Positions 57,188 through 64,000 of a stretch of 64,000 bases of DNA are shown piece after piece. The stretch comes from a virus: positions 135,469 through 199,468 of the IMG/VR virus record IMGVR_UViG_3300049137_000157; one strand, written 5' to 3'. The position numbers and the translations under genes are program-made. The notes below the pieces were generated by a model. The model was given only the letters and a program-made list of their open reading frames with translations. It was not told where the DNA came from and made no database searches. The stretch's first letter is position 1. Each line of letters opens with the position of its first letter.

Positions 57188-57224
57188 GGTCGTTTCGGAA
57201 CTAGAGGAAAAGAGGGAGGGTGTG

Positions 57225-57467
57225 ATGAGCGGGGTCTACAATCTCACGGCCCAAGACTTCGAGGCTGCCACTCGGGATCTCCGACATGCGGCAGACCGAC
57301 TGACTCACGGAGAACGGCCGACGGGACTCGCCGAAGAGCTGGCTGCCCTGATGGCTGAGGTGTTCCATCGATGGGCCCGCATGGGTCACTACAACAGCCA
57401 CATCCTGGCACGGGACGGCGGCCCGCAGACCGTGGCGCTCGCCCGACACATCCTCAGCCTGCCCTGA
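57225..57467 (+). CDS. hypothetical protein
   Basis: gagggaggg RBS. Confidence 0.6.
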   Translation: MSGVYNLTAQDFEAATRDLRHAADRLTHGERPTGLAEELAALMAEVFHRWARMGHYNSHILARDGGPQTVALARHILSLP

Positions 57468-57488
57468 AGGACGGAAAGGACAAGAAAC

Positions 57489-57797
57489 GTGAGCAAGCCC
57501 AAGGTTGACCGCTTCGACATCATGAGCGGAGACAAGCATCCCCGCCGCCTGTGCTCCTTCCCCGACACCGAGATCGGCACGGAGCGCGCCCGACAGTACA
57601 TCCAGGAGTACAACGACGGCCTCATGAAGCGCCTGGACCTCACTTCCGAGGACCTCACGCGAACCGGCCTCCGGGACTACGACCTGCTCCGCCGGATCGA
57701 CACCTACGTGGAGCATCTGGCGTATCCGCAGCCCGTCCATCCCGTCGAGGTCGTCAAGGACGAGGACCCGATGCCCGAGATCCAGTACTCGTTCTGA
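57489..57797 (+). CDS. hypothetical protein, paralog of next gene
   Basis: SFPDTEIGTERARQY...DEDPMP. Confidence 0.7.
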   Translation: MSKPKVDRFDIMSGDKHPRRLCSFPDTEIGTERARQYIQEYNDGLMKRLDLTSEDLTRTGLRDYDLLRRIDTYVEHLAYPQPVHPVEVVKDEDPMPEIQYSF

Positions 57798-57813
57798 CCC
57801 CGAGAGGGACAAC

Positions 57814-58161
57814 ATGTTCAGCATCGAGAAGCTGCGGCAGGAAGCCAAGTTCGTGGACGTCACCACATGGAGCGACGAGATCGAATACGCCCTCTTCCGG
57901 TTCCCGAACGACGAGATCGGTCATGCTCGCGCCGTCGAGTACCGGAACGCCTACAACGCCTCCCTGAAGACGGCGATGGGGATCACGGACGACGACCTGG
58001 AACTCCAGTCTCCCGACTGGAACCAGCGACCTGAGGAGTACGACCAGGCGATGCACGCCGAGCTGTACCGCCTCCGAACGGCGGGGCTTTCGTACTACGT
58101 GGGACCCCAGGTCATCGGCAACGACGACCCGATGCCCACCGACTACCCGCACGACCACTGA
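57814..58161 (+). CDS. hypothetical protein, paralog of previous gene
   Basis: RFPNDEIGHARAVEY...NDDPMP. Confidence 0.7.
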   Translation: MFSIEKLRQEAKFVDVTTWSDEIEYALFRFPNDEIGHARAVEYRNAYNASLKTAMGITDDDLELQSPDWNQRPEEYDQAMHAELYRLRTAGLSYYVGPQVIGNDDPMPTDYPHDH

Positions 58162-58172
58162 GGGAGAACCGC

Positions 58173-58481
58173 ATGTCCGAGCTGACTCGAAAGACCACGC
58201 ACTACATCGTCCACCACACGGTCGCGGACCCTGGTCCGAACTCCACCTACGGCACGTCGGCCCCGTACTCCGGGGAGCGTGCCCTGGAGCGAGCGATCAA
58301 GGCGGCCCACGTCGAGATCTCATCCCGTCGTCGGGCCTTCGTCACCGCCCGCGACAAGAACTCGGCCATCCTTGCCGTCATCCCGGTCGTTGACTACCCG
58401 GTGGCTCAAGAGACCCACGTTCCCCTGCACGCGCAGGACGCCATCACCGGCCTCTTCGAGGCCATGGACTGGACGGTCTGA
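58173..58481 (+). CDS. hypothetical protein
   Basis: gagggag RBS. Confidence 0.7.
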   Translation: MSELTRKTTHYIVHHTVADPGPNSTYGTSAPYSGERALERAIKAAHVEISSRRRAFVTARDKNSAILAVIPVVDYPVAQETHVPLHAQDAITGLFEAMDWTV

Positions 58482-58491
58482 CACCCACGAA

Positions 58492-58553
58492 CCGGCACGG
58501 CCGAAACCCCTTCGGGGGTCGGCGGTATGGGGCCGCCCTGATGAGTCCGTCGG
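58492..58553 (+). ncRNA. type II hammerhead ribozyme
   Basis: GAAA 58503-06, stem III CCCC-UUCG-GGGG, GUC cut after 58520, stem I GGCGGU/GCCGCC, CUGAUGA 58538-44, imperfect stem II. Confidence 0.8.
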
Positions 58554-58568
58554 AGAAGGAGAGAAAAC

Positions 58569-59057
58569 GTGAAGAAGATCAAGGTTCGCCCGATGACGGG
58601 CGAGGAACTGCTGAGCCTCGGCGAGAGCGACTGGACCTACGTTCCGGATCACGGTCGCCGGGACGCCCTCGTGCCCGCCCGACTGCACCAAGGACTCCTT
58701 CCCGGCGAGGTGAAGGCCCTGGAGAAGTACATCGCCGACGGCGCGATCGTTCCTTCGTTCGGCATCCTCACTCTGTACGGCTCCCTGTACTCGGCACGGG
58801 CGACGGAGTTCTTCGTCGAGGATCCGGAGGGCGAGGAGCGCCCGGTGATCGAGACGGTCGGCACGCAGGTGTCCATGGCGATCTACGTCCCGGGCATGGA
58901 GGGGCCTGACGTGCTGGAGCGGATGCGCAAGGCGCTGCGGGCCGAGTTCGGCGCGGGTCTGCTCCAGCTCCGCCAGGAGACACACCGGCCGGTGCCGGAG
59001 ACGGGACTTCCTCCGGTGCTCGGTGTACCGAACGGGCACATGCCGGAACTCATCTGA
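58569..59057 (+). CDS. hypothetical protein
   Basis: aaggagag RBS; flanked by the two ribozymes. Confidence 0.7.
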   Translation: MKKIKVRPMTGEELLSLGESDWTYVPDHGRRDALVPARLHQGLLPGEVKALEKYIADGAIVPSFGILTLYGSLYSARATEFFVEDPEGEERPVIETVGTQVSMAIYVPGMEGPDVLERMRKALRAEFGAGLLQLRQETHRPVPETGLPPVLGVPNGHMPELI

Positions 59058-59058
59058 C

Positions 59059-59123
59059 CTGACCCGAGGCCGAAACCCCTTCGGGGGTCGCAGCGTGAGG
59101 CGCTGCCTGACGATGGCCGTCAG
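59059..59123 (+). ncRNA. type II hammerhead ribozyme
   Basis: CUGAC-(CCGA bulge)-GGCC-GAAA, CCCC-UUCG-GGGG, GUC cut after 59089, stem I GCAGCG/CGCUGC, CUGACGA-U-GGCC-GUCAG. Confidence 0.88.
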
Positions 59124-59143
59124 TAAACGGAAAGGAGACAGGG

Positions 59144-59389
59144 ATGTCGGAGATCAGGGTCGAGTACAAGGGGCTGGTGTACGGTCCGATCGATCTGACG
59201 GACGCGGACGGCGGCACGGTCTACATCGAGCACAAGAGCGTGGCCGGGATGCGGACCATCGTCACCCTGGAGGTCCGGGACGACGGCGGACTCGACATTC
59301 GCGAAGGCATCACCCCGGACGACGGTCACAGCACGCTCCTCGGCAGCATCAACCGCTACGGGATGAAGCTGGAGGGGAAGACGGAATGA
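59144..59389 (+). CDS. hypothetical protein
   Basis: acggaaaggaga RBS. Confidence 0.7.
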   Translation: MSEIRVEYKGLVYGPIDLTDADGGTVYIEHKSVAGMRTIVTLEVRDDGGLDIREGITPDDGHSTLLGSINRYGMKLEGKTE

Positions 59390-59697
59390 ACGGGCAGGAG
59401 TCGATCCAGAACGAGGCCGAAACCGCGAGTGGCTATCTGAATAGCGTGCTCCGCTATATGCAGAACGGGGGCAAGCTGACCAGTATCGAAGCCACTGCCG
59501 CCGAAACGCTGCGCCTGCACGCCGAAGAACTGGGACACGGCCTGGAGAGCCCCGTGAATGCCAGTGTGGGGGCGTCGATACTTCGTGCCGCCGTAGAACA
59601 CCTCCGTCTTCGCCACAACAACCTGGCCGCCGATGAGGTCTTCCGTGACCTGATGGACATGGCCACCAAGCTCGGACAGGAAGGTCGTAGCAAGTGA
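59386..59697 (+). CDS. hypothetical protein
   Basis: ATGA overlap. Confidence 0.6.
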   Translation: MNGQESIQNEAETASGYLNSVLRYMQNGGKLTSIEATAAETLRLHAEELGHGLESPVNASVGASILRAAVEHLRLRHNNLAADEVFRDLMDMATKLGQEGRSK

Positions 59698-60179
59698 CGG
59701 CGAACGAACAGATGCAGTTGATGGAGAACCTCCTCGCCGGGTTGTACACCGGCATGTACGAGGCCATGGCCCCTCGGGAGCGTTGGGCCGAGGGCGACGA
59801 GGGCCTTCAGTGGACGGTGAACGAGGTTGCCCGGCTCGCAGGTGCCTTCGGTCATGACGACCTGCTGGCAGTCGCGAAGCACCTGAAGGGGACTTCGTCA
59901 TCCGTGACGATCAACTCCCTGGAGACCTGGCTGGAGGCCCACTACTTCGGCGCTCACGCGACCTCCGGGGAGGCCCTGAAGGACTTCGCCAAGCGCATGC
60001 CGGACACCGCGATCGGTTCGCTGTACGCCGAGATGGACGAGATGGGGGAGGCCGAGGACTTCGAGTGGGAGACGATGGCCAAGTCGCCCATCCCGAAGGC
60101 GATCGGCCTCTACTTCGTCACCCTCGACAACGAGACCGACGACGTCTTCCTGTTCTGGGACAAGCAGCGGGCCTCGTGA
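59694..60179 (+). CDS. ArdA-like acidic protein, paralog of 49252
   Basis: WLEAHYFG..SGEALKDFA...LYAEMD...FEWE...VFLFWD aligns with 49252 C-terminus. Confidence 0.55.
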   Translation: MTANEQMQLMENLLAGLYTGMYEAMAPRERWAEGDEGLQWTVNEVARLAGAFGHDDLLAVAKHLKGTSSSVTINSLETWLEAHYFGAHATSGEALKDFAKRMPDTAIGSLYAEMDEMGEAEDFEWETMAKSPIPKAIGLYFVTLDNETDDVFLFWDKQRAS

Positions 60180-60448
60180 ACAGACACATCCCGTTCCGTG
60201 AGGGTCGAAAGCTCCGCATAGACGGTGTCACCTGGTACTGCCAGTCTCCGGGGTCCCTCTGGGAGACCCGGCCGGAAGATGACCAGGAGTGTGGCTTCCA
60301 GCTCTTCTGGACGGACGGTCCGGCCTGGTGGCTGATCTGGCCCGAGGGCGGCGAGAGCCGCATGTCCGAGATCGGCCTCAAGATGGCCATGAAGACGGCT
60401 GCTCCGTACGTGCGCGGAGAACTTGGTCCGGGGGAGTTCCCGGACTGA
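60176..60448 (+). CDS. hypothetical protein
   Basis: GTGA overlap. Confidence 0.6.
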   Translation: MNRHIPFREGRKLRIDGVTWYCQSPGSLWETRPEDDQECGFQLFWTDGPAWWLIWPEGGESRMSEIGLKMAMKTAAPYVRGELGPGEFPD

Positions 60449-60482
60449 CCGACCAAGCAAAGCGACGAAAGGGAGAAGAAAC

Positions 60483-61112
60483 GTGAACGGCAAGACATCC
60501 ACGACCGGCTTGGTGCTGGAGACGACGGACGAGGAGATCGAAGGGCGCGTGGTCTTCCGGTTCGAGCTACCGGAGGGGGTGGTCCAGGACGGCGGCCCGA
60601 GCGGGGTGGCCTTCGTGAAGAACGGCGACAGTGCCGTCTTCACCTACGGGTGGAAGGGACGGCCTTGGCTCGCCCGCAGCATCCGCATGTTGTCTCCCAG
60701 CGTCCACTCGTTCCTGACGACCGCCAAGACGCTGATGGACCTGAACTTCGACGCGCTCAGCATCGCCGAGATGGACCGCCTGAAGCGTCAGCTCGAAGAC
60801 CTTCGGGTGGAGGCGCTGGATTGGGCGTCCTTCTGGAATGATCACCTCGGGTACCGGCTCTCGTTCCAGCGAGGTGACCGGGTGCAGATCGACGGCGAGG
60901 ACCTGATCGAACCGTCTGTGCCGGTCGCCAAGGAGGGCTATCTCCACGGCGTCAACGTGACGGACAAGGGTGTCGTGTACACGATCCACACGGAGGGGCG
61001 CGGCATGCAGGCCGCTCTGCGTGGAGCCTCGCTCAAGCGGCTGTCCGACAACGGCCATCGGGAGTGCAAGTTCGAGGCCGAGCCGTGCACCGTCTGCGGC
61101 TTCGGCGGCTGA
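60483..61112 (+). CDS. multi-domain protein with SH3/KOW-like domain
   Basis: SFQRGDRVQI..G...VVYTI; C-terminal H.EC...C..C. Confidence 0.7.
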   Translation: MNGKTSTTGLVLETTDEEIEGRVVFRFELPEGVVQDGGPSGVAFVKNGDSAVFTYGWKGRPWLARSIRMLSPSVHSFLTTAKTLMDLNFDALSIAEMDRLKRQLEDLRVEALDWASFWNDHLGYRLSFQRGDRVQIDGEDLIEPSVPVAKEGYLHGVNVTDKGVVYTIHTEGRGMQAALRGASLKRLSDNGHRECKFEAEPCTVCGFGG

Positions 61113-61131
61113 GACAACGAGAGGAACGGCG

Positions 61132-61344
61132 ATGAAGTACACACTCCGAGATGCCAGCGGAAACGTTCTGGGATCCTTCGAGGTCCCCCCGGGATCCGAC
61201 CAGATGATCACCCTGTACAGCGAAGGAGAGGGCGACCCGGACAGCGAAGCTCTCGTGAGCATCCACACCTTCTGCGACGGCGGCATCTCCGTCTGGGATC
61301 CCTCGGCACCGCCTGAGGCGGACCCCGTGTTCCGCTCGCGTTGA
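61132..61344 (+). CDS. acidic small protein
   Basis: GAGG RBS. Confidence 0.6.
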   Translation: MKYTLRDASGNVLGSFEVPPGSDQMITLYSEGEGDPDSEALVSIHTFCDGGISVWDPSAPPEADPVFRSR

Positions 61345-61464
61345 TCGAGCAGGCCCCCTGGCGTCCGGGCTTCGGTCCGGACGTCGGAGAGTCGGCTTGA
61401 CCGGCGAAAAGGATATCCGAGACATTCTTCGGAAAAGAGGACAGGAAAAGAAAAGCACGGGAGG

Positions 61465-61878
61465 GTGATCATGCTGGACTGGTGGACCGTCCCGGGTGGC
61501 AGCGTGGGCATTTCGAACTTGGACTTCAAGGTCGAGATCTACAGAAAAGACTCTGCATCCCATGGTGATCACCCGGAGTTCTGCACCGAAGCCGACCTGG
61601 CCTTGTACCGGATGGGTGCTTGGTGCCATGTCTTCGTTCGAGTGATCCCCGTCGACATGGAGCTGACGGACTACCCGCACTGCATGGCACAGGGTGAGGA
61701 GGTCTGGGGCGAGATGGCGGAGGGGGTTCGAAGTGACCGTCTGGAGATCATGCCCACGGTAGCCTCCCTGGCCTGCACCGCCGCCTTGACCCTGCGACGC
61801 TGCGGGTTCCCGGTCGCCTTCGATCCGGGAAGCGAGTTTGCGAATTTCTTCGCAGGATTTCGCGATCTAGCTGCATGA
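61465..61878 (+). CDS. hypothetical protein
   Basis: gggaggg RBS. Confidence 0.55.
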   Translation: MIMLDWWTVPGGSVGISNLDFKVEIYRKDSASHGDHPEFCTEADLALYRMGAWCHVFVRVIPVDMELTDYPHCMAQGEEVWGEMAEGVRSDRLEIMPTVASLACTAALTLRRCGFPVAFDPGSEFANFFAGFRDLAA

Positions 61879-61932
61879 TGGTGTGAGGGCACCAACGGAA
61901 GCGGCAACGTAGACTCCGGGAAAGGAAAAGGT

Positions 61933-62145
61933 ATGACACAGGGCGAGAAGAAGAGTCCGGCGGAAATTTTGGCCGGTCTCGTGAAGAACCAGGTGTCCTG
62001 GGAGCGAGACATGGGACGCAAGGACTCTTACGCGGAGCGAGTGGCTGTCGGCATTGCCGTCGACTTCGCCAACGCCATGCTGGAGCAGGATCCGAGCTTC
62101 GACAAGCGAGCGTTCCTTCAGTCCTGCAAGCCTGACAACTACTGA
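61933..62145 (+). CDS. conserved small phage protein
   Basis: FANAMLEQDPSFDKRAFLQSC (NP.FD..RF..AC-like). Confidence 0.7.
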   Translation: MTQGEKKSPAEILAGLVKNQVSWERDMGRKDSYAERVAVGIAVDFANAMLEQDPSFDKRAFLQSCKPDNY

Positions 62146-62165
62146 CACGGAAGAGGAGAAGAAGC

Positions 62166-62618
62166 GTGAACGAGAACGTGGCAGTTCCGCTGCATGTATG
62201 GCAGGACGCCTTCGAGACGGCCGAGACTCTCGACTGGGACCCGGAGGCGGCCCAGTGGGAGGACGGTCCGGTCTGCAACTTCATCGCTCTCCAGTACAAG
62301 CACCACCCCAAGGTCAACCGTGAGCCGAACATCCTGGAGGGTGCCCTGCGAGCCCTTGAGGAGGTGGAGTTCGAGCAGGTGACTCCGGCTCTCTTCCGAA
62401 CCGTTCTCGACGGCTACGTGAAGTCGACGACCGCCGATTTCGAGGCTCTCGTCAAGGTGCACCTGGCCAGTCAGTTCGACCTGCACGTCAGCCTCCCGGG
62501 CAGTCCGACCGAGGACGACTACCGCGAGTGGTATCTACACAAGGTCGCCGACGACGACGTGGCCTTCGGCGAGAACAGCTCGGGTCAGGCCCACTGGTTC
62601 AAGCGGCACGGATGGTGA
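62166..62618 (+). CDS. acidic protein, weakly ArdA-like
   Basis: FRTVLDGY...DFEALVK...DYREWY...AHWF. Confidence 0.6.
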   Translation: MNENVAVPLHVWQDAFETAETLDWDPEAAQWEDGPVCNFIALQYKHHPKVNREPNILEGALRALEEVEFEQVTPALFRTVLDGYVKSTTADFEALVKVHLASQFDLHVSLPGSPTEDDYREWYLHKVADDDVAFGENSSGQAHWFKRHGW

Positions 62619-62956
62619 CGGGCATGGAGACCGGCTTCCTCATGCCCGGCGGTACCGTCCGCCGATGGGCTTTCGACTTCCACGAGAACGACACCCCGCA
62701 CGAGCCGCAGTTCCTCCGCACGCTGAGCGACGACAGCCGCGAGCTGATGACCTTCGAGGCGTTCTTGCACCTGGCCTCCGGCATCCACGAGGGCAAGGTC
62801 CGTCAGCAGGAGGCGTGGCTGCACCTGTACATGTTCACCCCAGATCACCGGCTGGTGCCGGTGACGCTGGACTTTCGGGAACAGGACGGCATCCCTCAGG
62901 GGTGGGTCCGGGACAGCCCCAAGGACTCCCCGATCTGGTCGTTCGACATTCTGTAG
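62612..62956 (+). CDS. hypothetical protein
   Basis: Overlap, codon bias. Confidence 0.6.
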   Translation: MVTGMETGFLMPGGTVRRWAFDFHENDTPHEPQFLRTLSDDSRELMTFEAFLHLASGIHEGKVRQQEAWLHLYMFTPDHRLVPVTLDFREQDGIPQGWVRDSPKDSPIWSFDIL

Positions 62957-62982
62957 AAGCCTGCATCGAGAAAGGGAACAAA

Positions 62983-63219
62983 GTGGCCACGTACTTCATC
63001 GCCGTTCAGCACGGAGAGCCCCGAGAGGTTCCCGAAGGTGTCGTCGAGGCGTACCTGGAGGATCTCGCGACCGAAGGGACGGAGCCGCCCTGGGACCACC
63101 TGCTGATCATGACTTCCGAGATGCAGTACCCGAAGCCGTGCCAACTGGTGCTCAAGGGGAACCCCCGAGCCTTCCGGTTTTACGTCGGGAACCTCTCCAT
63201 GCACGAGGTGGAGGTCTGA
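62983..63219 (+). CDS. hypothetical protein
   Basis: gaaaggg RBS. Confidence 0.6.
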   Translation: MATYFIAVQHGEPREVPEGVVEAYLEDLATEGTEPPWDHLLIMTSEMQYPKPCQLVLKGNPRAFRFYVGNLSMHEVEV

Positions 63220-63220
63220 C

Positions 63221-63487
63221 GTGCCGTCGATCTACTCCGGATCGGAAGCGGCCCGGCGACTGGACTGGTACCTCCAGGCGGGCCACGGCAAGCCGGTACG
63301 TACGAACGCCACGGACGGCGTCAGGCGCATCCTCACGTCCATGATCCGGGCCCTCGACGACACCGGGGACACCGAGGTCATAGAGGGGCGTCTGGAGGAG
63401 GTTCTCGGCATCCTCGGGGCCGATCCCACAATGAAGATCGTTCTCGCATGGGGCGAAAAGGGCCTGGTCACCATGTGGCGAGGCTGA
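63221..63487 (+). CDS. hypothetical protein
   Basis: GGAGG RBS. Confidence 0.65.
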   Translation: MPSIYSGSEAARRLDWYLQAGHGKPVRTNATDGVRRILTSMIRALDDTGDTEVIEGRLEEVLGILGADPTMKIVLAWGEKGLVTMWRG

Positions 63488-63533
63488 CAACAGAAGCGGC
63501 CGAGAAGGTCGCTCACCGGAAAGGAGAAGGAAC

Positions 63534-63773
63534 TTGATCTACTGGGTTCAGTACAAAGACCAGACGGTCAGCCCGGACTCGGACGAGGCCCTGCGGAACC
63601 TGCTGCACATTCTGTACGCGGCCACTCTGCCGGATGTTGACGCGGCCACCTCCGAGGCGCGCGCCCAGGAGGCACTGGAGTTGATCCAGCGTCGGGAGGA
63701 CCCCGAGGACGGCGTGGACATCACGTTGCCGGACGGCTACATCGTGAACATCAGCGGAGAGGGTGGGTTCTGA
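63534..63773 (+). CDS. acidic small protein
   Basis: ccggaaaggagaagg RBS, TTG start. Confidence 0.6.
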   Translation: MIYWVQYKDQTVSPDSDEALRNLLHILYAATLPDVDAATSEARAQEALELIQRREDPEDGVDITLPDGYIVNISGEGGF

Positions 63774-64000
63774 TGGCCAATAGCTACTACACGATCGAGG
63801 CGGGCAAGAACGTCTCGCACACCTTCGAGAACGACCCGACGAACCTCGCCTTCTACCTCCTCGGCCTGCTGGAGGGGGACGGGCGGCCGTCCAACGACGC
63901 CCTGGCTTTGGCGAACAGCGTCGTCAACCATCTGCGTAGCAGGGGTCGCTACCCGGACGGTCGGGTGACCGTTCTGAGTGACGGCCGAGAGGTCCGCGTC
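63773..64000 (+). CDS. hypothetical protein, runs off the window
   Basis: TGATG overlap, open to edge. Confidence 0.55.
   Translation, partial: MANSYYTIEAGKNVSHTFENDPTNLAFYLLGLLEGDGRPSNDALALANSVVNHLRSRGRYPDGRVTVLSDGREVRV

Noticed and set aside
28356-63487. TGA-C at about 42 of 58 array stops checked, as a possible recombination core
   Set aside because: TGA followed by C is expected to be common in high-GC genomes and is partly explained by the ACGG start motif; needs a background count
1-64000. tRNA, rRNA, integrase, transposase, CRISPR/cas, reverse transcriptase
   Set aside because: No supporting motifs found by eye; tRNAscan-SE and HMM searches would be needed to exclude them fully

Overview
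High-GC actinobacterial (Streptomyces-like codon use and gene families) tailed-phage DNA; it could be a large lytic phage, a prophage or a phage-plasmid, and no integrase is visible in the window. 1-5.3 kb (minus strand): head-packaging module with prohead protease/scaffold, portal and a large terminase carrying an Ala-start class 3 intein. 5.8-22.3 kb: accessory blocks in both orientations (GntR regulator, Mrr-like nuclease, methyltransferase, TerS-like HTH, protealysin-like M4 protease, HIT, HicB-like domain, a 605-aa coiled-coil protein). 22.3-25.3 kb: about 3 kb non-coding, lower-GC divergence region with polypyrimidine tracts and an iteron-like repeat array. 25.3-64 kb: co-directional array of about 85 mostly small plus-strand genes that looks like an early/host-takeover region, including ArdA-like acidic proteins. 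The array is punctuated by four recurring intergenic signals: two type II hammerhead ribozymes (58.5 and 59.1 kb), at least 11 copies of a hairpin family with conserved TTC..GTG flanks, a GGCCTAGGYC palindrome next to -10-like boxes, and an ACGGAAAGGAGAAGA-like start-associated sequence. Together these suggest an RNA-processing system that cuts one long early transcript into single-gene mRNAs. All calls come from reading the sequence by eye; no searches were run, so family names are from memory of conserved motifs, and start codons of small genes were picked by RBS and overlap.
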